DNA from: Candidatus Atabeyarchaeum deiterrae
Lineage (GTDB): Archaea > Asgardarchaeota > Atabeyarchaeia > Atabeyarchaeales > Atabeyarchaeaceae
Direction of reading: 5' to 3'
Assembly: GCA_037310415.1 (NCBI GenBank)
Contig: CP147780.1
Span: 2,112,001 to 2,176,000, forward strand
DNA length: 64,000 nucleotides
Shown here: positions 40,155 to 50,160 of the stretch, in pieces
Layout: each line of letters opens with the position of its first letter
Numbering within the stretch: position 1 is the stretch's first letter
Notes under the pieces: model-generated
Database searches by the model: none
Told to the model about the DNA's origin: nothing
Seen by the model: the letters and a program-made list of their open reading frames with translations, nothing else
Program-made: the position numbers and the translations under genes

Positions 40155-41441
40155 ATGGCGATAGAGATTCAGCTGGTCGCAATCATAATCTTTCTTTTCA
40201 CGTTTGCTCTCATAGTCACTGGTGGGCATGCACGTCCAATTGCGGGGTTAATTGGGGCTTTCCTCATGCTGACAGCTGGTGTCTTCACCTCGGTCGAGGA
40301 CGCTCTTTCCTATGTGCACATAGAAACGCTTGTGGTTCTGTTTGGGATAATGGTGCTGGTAGGTGTTCTGAGAGAGGGACACTTCTTCAGATACATTGGG
40401 GCGTTCGTAGTTGGACGGGTAGGGCTTAACCCCACAAGGATATTCTATGTTTTCATCGTCCTCACGGCATTTCTCTCGGCTTTCCTTGATAGTGTTGCAG
40501 TTGTTCTGTTCATGGTTGCTATCACTATTGAGCTTTGTCATGAGATGGAGATTGATCCGAAACCCTTCATAATAGCTGAGATCTTGGCAGCGAACATTGG
40601 TGGAACCGCGACATCTATTGGGGATCCGCCAAACATAATGATCTCCCTAACGTACGGTATTTCGTTCCCGCAGTTCATAGCCAGCATGGGACCGTTGACC
40701 ATTATCGCACTCACGGTCTTTTTCCTCTACATTAACAGACGCTACCGCAAGGGACTTCTTGTTAAGAGAGTAAGGATCAAGAAGCTTCCCACCAAGCCTG
40801 CCGAGTTGATCGAAGATCGGAAGACTTTTCTGCTTGGCGCCTCTATGTTTATCACTTTCCTCATTCTAATGACAGTCTCAAGTTCATTGGGCATAACTCC
40901 AGCAATGATCAGCCTTGGAATTGCAGCCACTTTGCTCTTCCTTGGTGGAAAGAGACTGGTACCCATCTTAGAGAATGTAGACTGGTCGACTCTACTATTT
41001 TTTGGCTCGATATTCATAGTGGTTGGTGGGCTTACAAAGACGGGGGTTATAGCATCTTTGGCCGTTGCCTTCTCTGGCATTGTTGGGGGTAATTTGTTGC
41101 TTGCCATTTTTGTAGTGACCTGGGTTTGCGCTTTTGGATCGGCTTTTGTGGGAAATATACCTTTTGCAGTTACGATGCTTCCCCTTGTGCAAGGAATCGC
41201 TAGCGCGACGGGGTTACCATTGTTCCCCTTGTTGTGGTCTCTGGTATTGGGATGCGATATCGGAGGGAATGCAACGATGATAGGAACAGCAGCTGGATTG
41301 GTCGCTTCAGATTTGGCTGAGAAAAGTGGACATAGAATAGGCCACAAAGAGTTCTTCAGAGTGGGACTCACATCGGTGCTTCTGACGGTCGGGATAGGAA
41401 CCATCTACCTAGCCATAACGTATGGACTTGCGCCAATATAG
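40155..41441 (+). CDS. ArsB/NhaD (SLC13/P-protein-like) permease
   Basis: SAFLDSV, AANIGGTATSIGDPPN, VDWSTLLFF, GGNATMIG. Confidence 0.9.
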   Translation: MAIEIQLVAIIIFLFTFALIVTGGHARPIAGLIGAFLMLTAGVFTSVEDALSYVHIETLVVLFGIMVLVGVLREGHFFRYIGAFVVGRVGLNPTRIFYVFIVLTAFLSAFLDSVAVVLFMVAITIELCHEMEIDPKPFIIAEILAANIGGTATSIGDPPNIMISLTYGISFPQFIASMGPLTIIALTVFFLYINRRYRKGLLVKRVRIKKLPTKPAELIEDRKTFLLGASMFITFLILMTVSSSLGITPAMISLGIAATLLFLGGKRLVPILENVDWSTLLFFGSIFIVVGGLTKTGVIASLAVAFSGIVGGNLLLAIFVVTWVCAFGSAFVGNIPFAVTMLPLVQGIASATGLPLFPLLWSLVLGCDIGGNATMIGTAAGLVASDLAEKSGHRIGHKEFFRVGLTSVLLTVGIGTIYLAITYGLAPI

Positions 41442-41795
41442 AAAAGTTGAACTCAGTGTGAAAACCCGCTAATTGGAGGGCAGGTTGTAACAATATCATG
41501 AGAGAAGTATGAGGAACCAAAAACATTCGACAATAGTTGTGACTTTCCTCTCTTTCGTTCATGATCTCGTTACGAATGTTTGTGATGAGACATGTTGTCT
41601 ACAACTTCAAGAAGAGTCTGCACATCATAAACCTTAAAGGATACGAACTTTCTCAACCTCCTCACAACTCCAGAGAATATCACTAGTACCAATCGATGAA
41701 GTCGTTGGCTCAATCCACTTACTTAACCTGTCCCGAACTGCAGCATTGCGGAATGTGCGTCGCTCGGAGGACTGCATACGTCACCACTCCAAGGA

Positions 41796-43961
41796 TTGTT
41801 CAGAGACTTTAAGGCGCTTGCACGCTCACGGAGAATCGTTGTGAGTCTGCTCGCTATACCCGTCGGAGTGTTGGGTGGCATTGGTGCAATCATTTTCAAG
41901 GTGATGATTGACCTAAACAACTACGCTTTTTTCGGCTTGCTCTTGCCAATTATCTCAGTGAATAATCAATACTACAATTATTCAGTTCTCCTGTTGCCTG
42001 CCCTCGGAGCGCTAATCGTGGGAATAGTCGTCGGAAAGTATGCTCTCGAGGCTAAGGGACATGGGATCCCTCAAGTAATCGAATGCATGACTTTCAAATG
42101 CGGGCGAATAAGATCCCGAGTCGCAGCAGCCAAGATAATTACATCATCCATCACGCTGGGATCTGGAGGTAGCGCCGGGAAAGAAGGACCGATCGCTCAG
42201 ATTGGAGCCACTCTTGGGTCCATGACCGGCCAGGCGCTCAGACTGTCTGATAGAGACGTGGAACTTCTCGTTGTGTGTGGACTGGCATCTGGCATAGCAG
42301 CAACATTCAACGCTCCCTTGGGAGGAGCGATCTTCGGTTTGGAAATATTGTTCAGAAGATTCGATGTTATTGAAGCAGTGCCTGTGCTTTTGGCATCTGT
42401 CTTTGGTACTATAGTCGCTAGAATATTCTTCGGGAATTTCATATCACTCCCATTGCCAGTTTACGCCATTCCGCAACTCGATGAGCTTCTGCTGTACGCG
42501 CTTATCGGGATCGGTTTCGGAATCGTATCGGCCCTATGGGTTCGTTTATTTTATCTCGTTGAGGGCGGTTTCAACCGCATGAATAGAATTCCATTTGCTC
42601 TCAGAGTGACTATGGGTGGGTTGATTACGGGGCTGATTGGTTTACCCTTCTACGCTCTTTCTCTGGCTCAGTTTGGCGACAATAGCGGCTTCGGGGTTTA
42701 TGGTGTCGGATATGCGGGGATTAACTTCCTGCTGGCTGGAGCCATACCCATTTCGCTTATGTTGCTCTTGGGTCTCGCCAAAATGGCAGGCACATCTTTC
42801 ACTCTGGGCGCAGGAGGTAGTGGAGGGCTGCTAGTACCGACGCTGTATATCGGAAGTATGCTCGGTGGCGCCATGGGCTTAACACTTTACTCACTAACAC
42901 CTGGTCTCATTTCTCAACCCTATGCCTACGCATTAGTGGGTGCGGGGGCGCTCTTCGCTGGGGCATATGGGACTCCAATTGCTCCTATGATCTTCATTCC
43001 TGAGATGGCGAGCAATTTCACCTTGTTGCTGCCCTTGATGTTGTCGTGTTCGCTGAGCCATCTCGTAGCTAGACAGTTGCTCAAGGGTTCTACAATCAAC
43101 ACGGTTCCGCTGGAGCGAAAGGGTATACTCCTTAGCGAATTGACAAATCAGATGAGCACCGACATACTACAAAGAATCAAAGTCAAGGAAGTAATGATGA
43201 AGAAGTTCGTCAAGGTCGATCCAGAGACGCCCGTAAAAGATGTTTCTCACCTGATAGGTTCAAAAGGACTAGAAGCTTACCCCGTGATGAAGGAGGGGCG
43301 ACTCGTCGGGATAGTTGATTATAGGAGCGTCATCGATCTTTCAGCAGAGGACATGAAGTCGAGGTTTGTAAGAGATATCATGAAACACGCCGACACAATA
43401 GGACCTGAAGAGGCATTAAGCGAAGCTGTAGCGACCATGTATGATTTGAATGCTCCTAGACTCGTAGTCCTTGATCCAAGAGGCGAGGGTGTCATTGGAT
43501 TCCTGACTCACGAAGACATAGTAAAAGGATATGAAGAAGTGAGGCACGGACACCGCATTCAGGAATCAGATCCGCTGAAACGAGCAAAAGCGAGGGAGGT
43601 CATGATTAGAAATCCAGCTAAGCTCTCACCAGATCAACCTGTTGAGGACCTCATTAAAGAGTCCAAGGATCGCCTTAACCTTGGATATCCAGTAATGAGT
43701 CGAGGAAAATACTTGGGAATGCTAATATCCAAGGAACTAATTCACCTCAGGAGAAGTCTGAGAGGTGAGCTTAAAGTCCGAGACGTGATGAGACGAGATG
43801 TGCCAATTGCTTCTCCTGAAGAGACTTTGGATAAGGTTTTGGAGAAAATGCATAAATCTAGGGTCACCGTGATACCTGTATTCGAAGAAGGAAAGAGAGG
43901 AAAGTTACTCGGTATCATCACGGAAATGGAAGTCATAAAGGGGTATCAAGAACAGAAATAG
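41796..43961 (+). CDS. ClC chloride channel/antiporter with four CBS domains
   Basis: GHGIP, GKEGP, FNAPLGG; two CBS pairs in the C-terminus. Confidence 0.92.
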   Translation: MFRDFKALARSRRIVVSLLAIPVGVLGGIGAIIFKVMIDLNNYAFFGLLLPIISVNNQYYNYSVLLLPALGALIVGIVVGKYALEAKGHGIPQVIECMTFKCGRIRSRVAAAKIITSSITLGSGGSAGKEGPIAQIGATLGSMTGQALRLSDRDVELLVVCGLASGIAATFNAPLGGAIFGLEILFRRFDVIEAVPVLLASVFGTIVARIFFGNFISLPLPVYAIPQLDELLLYALIGIGFGIVSALWVRLFYLVEGGFNRMNRIPFALRVTMGGLITGLIGLPFYALSLAQFGDNSGFGVYGVGYAGINFLLAGAIPISLMLLLGLAKMAGTSFTLGAGGSGGLLVPTLYIGSMLGGAMGLTLYSLTPGLISQPYAYALVGAGALFAGAYGTPIAPMIFIPEMASNFTLLLPLMLSCSLSHLVARQLLKGSTINTVPLERKGILLSELTNQMSTDILQRIKVKEVMMKKFVKVDPETPVKDVSHLIGSKGLEAYPVMKEGRLVGIVDYRSVIDLSAEDMKSRFVRDIMKHADTIGPEEALSEAVATMYDLNAPRLVVLDPRGEGVIGFLTHEDIVKGYEEVRHGHRIQESDPLKRAKAREVMIRNPAKLSPDQPVEDLIKESKDRLNLGYPVMSRGKYLGMLISKELIHLRRSLRGELKVRDVMRRDVPIASPEETLDKVLEKMHKSRVTVIPVFEEGKRGKLLGIITEMEVIKGYQEQK

Positions 43962-44004
43962 AAAGACATGACGAGAGCGTTGACCGCGATCGGAGGACCA
44001 ACAA

Positions 44005-45306
44005 ATGGCTGTAGGGAAAATGCTTGTCGCCGTCATAATCACCAACCTCATGTGGGGAATCATCCCAATCCCTGCTGTCGATATAATGAAGAGTTACAGT
44101 CTCTTCACGATGCTATTCTTCAGATTCATTTACACCGCAGTTGCATGTATTCTCCTCGTTGGCGTCATGCGACTGCGCTCCCCGTCAGTTAAGGGAATTG
44201 GCGCATATATAACTTCAACAAACAGGGACTACAGAAAGCGTCGCGTTCCCCAACTTCTCTCCCTCGCAATAGTAGCATTCATGCTCTCCCTTGGTCTATC
44301 GTTCTTCTTCTTCAACTACAGTCTGGTTGGTGTAGTAATCGCCACCATGGTCAGCGAGGCGATCACACCCGTTCTCATAGCTTTTTGGAACTGGGCAAAG
44401 GGAACAGAGAAGATGGATATTCTGAAAGGAATCTACATGGCTTCCCTTGTTATCGTTGTCGTCATAATCTCAGTTGCACGCGTAGAGGTAGATGTTACGA
44501 TCAAGGCAATTGGGTTCTTCTATGTCTCGCTTAGTGCGGTATTCTGGACTGCGTATATAGCGCTTATAGCTAAAGATACGCCATCGAAGAAAGAGGTGCA
44601 GGCAGCCGACCTTTCTTCAGAAAGTTACAGGATGGCAAGATCTACGCTTAAACTCGGTGTGACTTTTCTCTTAGCGGCACTAATGCTTTTCCCAATCTCA
44701 ATCCTGTTGCCGCCACTCACTCAGCTACCTGAGTTAGTAGCCCAGTCAAACAAGTTCTGGCTTGACGTATCGAACAACTTCCTAGCAGCGTCAGTAAACT
44801 CAAACGTATTGCTGCTTTCGTTCGGGTTGACTTTTGCGCCGTACTTCCTTTTGTATGCTGCTCAAGCCTTCTGGCCAAAGGAAGCGCTTACCTTCGACCA
44901 GTGGACAGCAATACTCGGACTGCTAACACCACTTGTTGCTGCTTACGTCGGTATCTTTGTGATAGGTGAAGCAATCCGCATAGACTACGCCATAATTGCG
45001 ACAGCGTTCTTGTTGACATCAATAGCCATGAGGTACTTCCATGAGGTCACCAACAAAGTAGTCGGCTACATATTCATACAAATAGAAATAGCCAAGAACC
45101 ACAAGGTTTACTCACACCTCAAGGAAATCAAGGAACTCAGAGAGATCTTCGCCATCACAGGAGAAAAATGCGACATATACTCAGAAGCAGTCACAAGCAA
45201 CCTGAACCATCTCTACCTAATCAGCTCCCAAATCAGAAACATCGATGGAGTAAAGAATGCCAATGTTCTACTTGTGCAGAAGATGAAGACGCCTCACAGA
45301 AAATGA
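44005..45306 (+). CDS. EamA/DMT-like transporter fused to a C-terminal Lrp/AsnC RAM domain
   Basis: ~10 TM segments, MWG..P, FFRF, IGE; soluble tail GYIFI..AITGEKCDI..IDGV. Confidence 0.7.
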   Translation: MAVGKMLVAVIITNLMWGIIPIPAVDIMKSYSLFTMLFFRFIYTAVACILLVGVMRLRSPSVKGIGAYITSTNRDYRKRRVPQLLSLAIVAFMLSLGLSFFFFNYSLVGVVIATMVSEAITPVLIAFWNWAKGTEKMDILKGIYMASLVIVVVIISVARVEVDVTIKAIGFFYVSLSAVFWTAYIALIAKDTPSKKEVQAADLSSESYRMARSTLKLGVTFLLAALMLFPISILLPPLTQLPELVAQSNKFWLDVSNNFLAASVNSNVLLLSFGLTFAPYFLLYAAQAFWPKEALTFDQWTAILGLLTPLVAAYVGIFVIGEAIRIDYAIIATAFLLTSIAMRYFHEVTNKVVGYIFIQIEIAKNHKVYSHLKEIKELREIFAITGEKCDIYSEAVTSNLNHLYLISSQIRNIDGVKNANVLLVQKMKTPHRK

Positions 45307-45391
45307 TGCTGGAAACAGAATCAAATAAAAGATAGAAGTCGCATTAAGTGCACTTAGAGTAGGCAGTATCAAGCAATGGGGGACAAGTTGA

Positions 45392-45640
45392 ATGGCAGTT
45401 CGCGCAGTCATACTAGTCAGAGTAACGCCGAGAATGTTGAAGCATGTCCTCGGCGAAATAGAGAAACTAACTCTCGTCAAAAGGTACTCCACAATTACAG
45501 GAGAATATGATGTACTGATAGAGGCTCAAGCTAACAGCGTCGAAGAGCTTCACGACATGTTGCTGGATGAACTCGACCCCATAAAGGGCATAGAGGAAAC
45601 AAACACGCATATCATTTTGAAGGATTTGCGAGCTGAGTAG
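45392..45640 (+). CDS. Stand-alone Lrp/AsnC RAM domain protein
   Basis: ITGEYDVL...GIEETNTHII. Confidence 0.88.
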   Translation: MAVRAVILVRVTPRMLKHVLGEIEKLTLVKRYSTITGEYDVLIEAQANSVEELHDMLLDELDPIKGIEETNTHIILKDLRAE

Positions 45641-45794
45641 AACCTTCTGAAAATACGCTATTCTCTGCCAGACATGGTTCTGCCGTTCATCTGTAAGAAG
45701 AAAAGCATAGACGATCTCTGGGCTAGTGTTGCCAACACTCCAAGAAAAAGAAAGGGATGAAGTTTGCGTTGTCGAGCACTTACGCAAATTGCCT

Positions 45795-46502
45795 CTATTT
45801 CCGACGACCCACTCTTTTCCCGACATAGAAGACTACGACTATTAGCGCAACCTCAATCAGATTGGCAATGAAAAGGATCGTTGTCAACGAGATACTAGGT
45901 GGAGACCAAAGCGTGGTAGATGTCATAGTCAGATTGGTCCATCCAAGGAACCAGTTATTGACCTTGACTGGGAACCCGGTCGCCTGATCCCAGTAGTAGT
46001 CCCAATAGAATACATTAGGGATTAATAAGTGGTTGACTGCTCTCGACTCGCTGGCGAAGGTCATCGTAACGGTCTCATTGATCTTTGCAGATGATCCAGA
46101 GTAGATAGGATCATCTTTTCCCAAGCCTCCAGCTATCAAGGCTGGGAAAAGCAAGAAGTAACCCGATCCAATGTAGATGTCACCTTGAAGTTGCAGCTGG
46201 GGGTACGCTTTTCCATTTGCATCGTAATAGGTGAGGTTGAGTGTCACATCCGTTCCAACGATGCCGTAGACATAGACGCGGCATCTAGTATAGTTGAATG
46301 AACCCACGCTCGCAGTGTAGTCAGCATAATCTCCCACTTTAACGCCGACATTGCTGTAATTCGCAGCCCATGTGGGGTTAGAGGTTGCAGCTAGCATTAT
46401 GAATATTGAGAAGACCACCAAGCAGAAGGCTATACTTTTCTTCATAGAAACCCTCTTTACTTTCCATGTTTGTCTGAACTTGTTTACTAATTGTGCTGGC
46501 AT
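45795..46502 (-). CDS. Secreted protein with signal peptide and C-terminal TM anchor (likely start 46446)
   Basis: MKKSIAFCLVV signal; GVKVGDYADY; YWDQATG; C-terminal TM plus KRVGRRK. Confidence 0.75.
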   Translation of the reverse strand: MPAQLVNKFRQTWKVKRVSMKKSIAFCLVVFSIFIMLAATSNPTWAANYSNVGVKVGDYADYTASVGSFNYTRCRVYVYGIVGTDVTLNLTYYDANGKAYPQLQLQGDIYIGSGYFLLFPALIAGGLGKDDPIYSGSSAKINETVTMTFASESRAVNHLLIPNVFYWDYYWDQATGFPVKVNNWFLGWTNLTMTSTTLWSPPSISLTTILFIANLIEVALIVVVFYVGKRVGRRK

Positions 46503-46777
46503 GAGATATTTAACTATATGCAGAGATGCTTCACTCTTGGGAGCTCGTGAGATCAGAGATACCTAAAGACTCTCCAGACTCGCGATCTATGTCAACGGTG
46601 CAGTTTCATGGTTTGAGGAGGTTCGCAACCTTGCATCTGATTGTAGCGGATATGACTACATGTTATTTATAATTGCTACGTTTATCTCTTTGAATAGTCT
46701 CATTAGGTCATCGTTAAGAGTGAGCTATGCGTTTGTCGGCATTGACTGTCTAACAGTATGACACTGTTCGGAAATGA

Positions 46778-47827
46778 ATGGGAGGAACGCAGTACTTGGT
46801 TCTACACGACTTCTACGTAATCTACAATCAGGGCGGTCGATGCATACACCACTACAAGTTTGGAGGGCTAAACGTCAATAGTGAGTTGGTCGGCGCCTTC
46901 CTCGACGCACTTTCATCCTTCGCCATGGAGACAATTCCTTCCAAAGGGCAAATGCGCTTGATAGATAGGGGAAATGTGAAGGTTCTTTTTGAGCAAGGAA
47001 AATACGTTTCTCTTGCATTGTTCGCATCCGACAACTCTACTGAAACACGAGCGCTTCTCGTATCGTTTCTCTCAAAGTTCGAGGAGGACTACGGGGAAGT
47101 GCTCAAGAATTGGGACGGGAGTCTCAATGTTTTCAACGGTTTGGAGGATCTCGTTAAATCCATTTTCAAGAGGGAGAAGGTGTCCCTTGAGAAGATACCT
47201 CCGTCGCTGCTTCCTAAGCCGATTCCTCTTGTTGATGTTACCGGGGCAAAGATGAAAGCTAGCGCCGCCATTTCTGTCATAAGGACGGCGATTCAGGACA
47301 GCTTGATTGGTGTGCTCTCGATCTCTCTGAACCCCAATAAGATAGACCCTATCGGATATGTGAGCCTCCTGAATGGCAAAGGATTCGCCGCGGTCTACAC
47401 CAAACCATACAGCAAGGTTAGGAGAGGTACGGATGCTGCGCGACACATCATTTTCGATAGTGTGACGCTTCCAGCTTGGATAAGGTTTAGAATCGCTGAG
47501 CTCAGGGAGATTGACACGGAGATTGACCGCACGATGAACAAGATAGATGTTCCTTTGAATAAGGTTGTGCTGGACACGCTTTTGTTGCGGCACCAGTATG
47601 ACGAGATCAAGAATTCAAAGCCTAAGACGAAGCAGGTTCTCTCCCCAGAGGAGAAAGGAGAAGTGCATGGCAGGTTCGGGGTAACTGGAGTGAATGTTCT
47701 TACAACGAGTCAGGGGAAGATCACGGTTGATCAACTTGCCTCTTTGCATGGGTTGTCTCCGTTAGAGGTTTCTGATGTTATCGTGTGGGCGTCGGAGAGG
47801 GGGCTCATCGAGTTGATGAGAAACTAA
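46778..47827 (+). CDS. Longin-like domain protein with PATAN/DUF4388-like middle and wHTH-like C-terminus
   Basis: FYVI..GGRCI; LVGAFLDALSSFA.E; FEEDY...WDG....F. Confidence 0.7.
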   Translation: MGGTQYLVLHDFYVIYNQGGRCIHHYKFGGLNVNSELVGAFLDALSSFAMETIPSKGQMRLIDRGNVKVLFEQGKYVSLALFASDNSTETRALLVSFLSKFEEDYGEVLKNWDGSLNVFNGLEDLVKSIFKREKVSLEKIPPSLLPKPIPLVDVTGAKMKASAAISVIRTAIQDSLIGVLSISLNPNKIDPIGYVSLLNGKGFAAVYTKPYSKVRRGTDAARHIIFDSVTLPAWIRFRIAELREIDTEIDRTMNKIDVPLNKVVLDTLLLRHQYDEIKNSKPKTKQVLSPEEKGEVHGRFGVTGVNVLTTSQGKITVDQLASLHGLSPLEVSDVIVWASERGLIELMRN

Positions 47828-48182
47828 TATACTTACCTTACTTTAAATTCGCAACATTACTATTTCAAACCCTTCACCTTGCCAAACGCGCCTACTGACG
47901 GAGTTATGACTATTTACTGTATATCAGCAGGCTTATTGTGAATTGGGAGAGATAAGTTAGGTTAGGTTCTGGGCAGACTTGTTCTGGGAGGCAAAGGGCA
48001 GAGTCAGGGCAAGAATAGATTTTAGAGCGAGCTGATAACCAGATATTCATGGGAGACCTGTCCGTGCGCGCGCTGACTACCTCTATCATATCCCAAATCC
48101 TCTTGAACTCTGCCAGCAGATCAAGAGCACTTCCACGCAAGAATAGAAAAAAAGAGGTTATGTTATTCTTCTATTGTGCCCC

Positions 48183-48341
48183 TTACTTCTTCGAAGCTCT
48201 TGGTATGAGTTCACCTAGTCCCAGTATTATAAATGCCAAGCCGATGAGCCAAGTAAGCAGGTAAGGAACCACAATGATAAGTATGCCGAACACTATGAAG
48301 ATCAATGCTAAAAGATAATCCTTAGTCTCTAGGTTGACCAT
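48183..48341 (-). CDS. 52-aa membrane microprotein (DUF3096-like); not in the ORF track
   Basis: My translation: MVNLETKDYLLALIFIVFGILIIVVPYLLTWLIGLAFIILGLGELIPRASKK; GAGGGG SD upstream. Confidence 0.7.
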   Translation of the reverse strand: MVNLETKDYLLALIFIVFGILIIVVPYLLTWLIGLAFIILGLGELIPRASKK

Positions 48342-48525
48342 TTCTCTTCCCCTCGAGTCCTTTTGGCTGCTACTCTATTTCTCTTGGCCGCGCTAATAAG
48401 CATTGTGTCCTGTTGGTGCAATGCAACCCAAAGTCTGCCCCAATCAGGGTAACCAATACGCAATTACATGCTTGTGATCCACTTCTGGGATTCCTTGGGC
48501 ACGAATACCATGCCTCTTGTAGTTC

Positions 48526-48804
48526 CTATTTCTTCTTCTCTTGTTGCTTCAGCTTTCTATCTCGGTATTCAACGAATGCATCTGCAGCCTTTTTATTGAT
48601 TTTGCGAAGCGCCGCGACTACGAAATCTGACAGTGTTGCCGAAGTGACTTCTACCCTGTTAACTACTTTTTTGGCGATCTCTTTTGCTACTTGCGCGGCC
48701 TGTTCGGCCGTCACACCAGCTTTCCTAACTGCAGCGACGATCTTGGATTGTATGAAATCCTCTATTCTCCCATCTCTCTTCTTCACCCGCACCATGGCAA
48801 TCAC
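48526..48804 (-). CDS. Stand-alone ATP-cone domain protein (likely start 48795)
   Basis: VKKRDGRIEDF..SKI. Confidence 0.85.
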   Translation of the reverse strand: MIAMVRVKKRDGRIEDFIQSKIVAAVRKAGVTAEQAAQVAKEIAKKVVNRVEVTSATLSDFVVAALRKINKKAADAFVEYRDRKLKQQEKKK

Positions 48805-49515
48805 ATCCTTCCTTGGCTGTTATCTGGAAAGGGAGAAGCACCATAAATGCTTTGTGCACACGCACTACTATGTGAGAAGTCGTCCTGCGCACATACACCG
48901 TCCATTTACGTGTATCTGGTCTACTTTTGGGAGATTCTCCAGAATAAAAGGACGAGAATAATACGAATGAAATTGTGGAAATAGCTGTTGTAGCAGGTAA
49001 CTTCAAAGCATTGTTAAGGAAGTAGAGACAGCCGTACTTCTCAGTGCCCAACTGAAGAAGAGAGCGGGAACAGTGAGTGTCAGCAAACGCATTTATCTTG
49101 CCGGCACCGAAAGGCTCAAAGACTCGGCGCTATTTGAGTACAGTTCTTCCACTCGCTATCCACACTTGCTACCCCATTCGATCCTGATACTCCACTTCTA
49201 AAGGTGTGCCATTAACATCTTAAATCTTCCATTTCTCACTCGTTCTCAGCTATGTGCGTATCTGCATAGAGATGTTAGAATGCATTCAAAAACAGATCTA
49301 CAGCCAGAATGATAGCGCACGCTGCATTACAGAATAAGAGTTCTAACTTGCCCCGGGATGGTAGCGGGGGGATAACCGTCCTGGGATGCTGCCTTCTTTT
49401 CTTTTAGCTTCTATTGATGCAACTAAAAAGTAATTCTAATATAGTAATTGGGATGAAGAATAGTAGAGTGGGACACTGAATTCAGGCGGTCGTTTCAGGT
49501 TCCAGTTGCTATTCC

Positions 49516-50139
49516 TTGCAACAGGTGATCCAAGAAGTGCCAGAACAGAAATTGAAGGACATCAGAACGACAGCGCTCTCCTCGGTGATATTGGGGCTTT
49601 ACCTCTCAGTTCCATCTGAGGAATATGATTCTCTGACGGATGCGATCGGGGAGATGTCTGGCACAATAATTAACACAATGCTTCTTGAGAGCCACTTGAT
49701 GAAGGGTAACTACCTATCAGTTCCAGAGGCATTGACTGCAACGTTGAATGTGCTGGGAAATCTTCTTGGAACGAGAACTGCGAAACTCAGGCTCATGAGG
49801 GGAAAGGAAGCTGAGCTGGTGTTAGCTGACTGCCCGATTTGCGAAGCTTCGGCAACCCTGTCTATAAAACCTGATAAACCGATTTGCAAGATGCTGGGAT
49901 TAATGATCAGGAAGGTGACTGTCGGCTATCTTCAAAGGCTGGGAATTGAAGCGGAGCTTGAAGCCGAAGAAACCGAGTGTAAGGCGAAAGGGGCGCCTGC
50001 CTGCATATTTAAGTTGACGTGGAAAGAGGAAAAGGCAGTTCACACAAAGTATGTTGAGTGGGAGGAGAAACGAGCTGAAGAGGAATGTAGGGCACGCCTC
50101 GACTCCTTAACCATAAGATCTGGGATAAGGACTCTCTGA
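49516..50139 (+). CDS. V4R-domain protein
   Basis: CPICE...PIC...ETECKAKGAPACIF. Confidence 0.85.
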   Translation: MQQVIQEVPEQKLKDIRTTALSSVILGLYLSVPSEEYDSLTDAIGEMSGTIINTMLLESHLMKGNYLSVPEALTATLNVLGNLLGTRTAKLRLMRGKEAELVLADCPICEASATLSIKPDKPICKMLGLMIRKVTVGYLQRLGIEAELEAEETECKAKGAPACIFKLTWKEEKAVHTKYVEWEEKRAEEECRARLDSLTIRSGIRTL

Positions 50140-50160
50140 ATTCCTAACTGCTCAAGTCTG

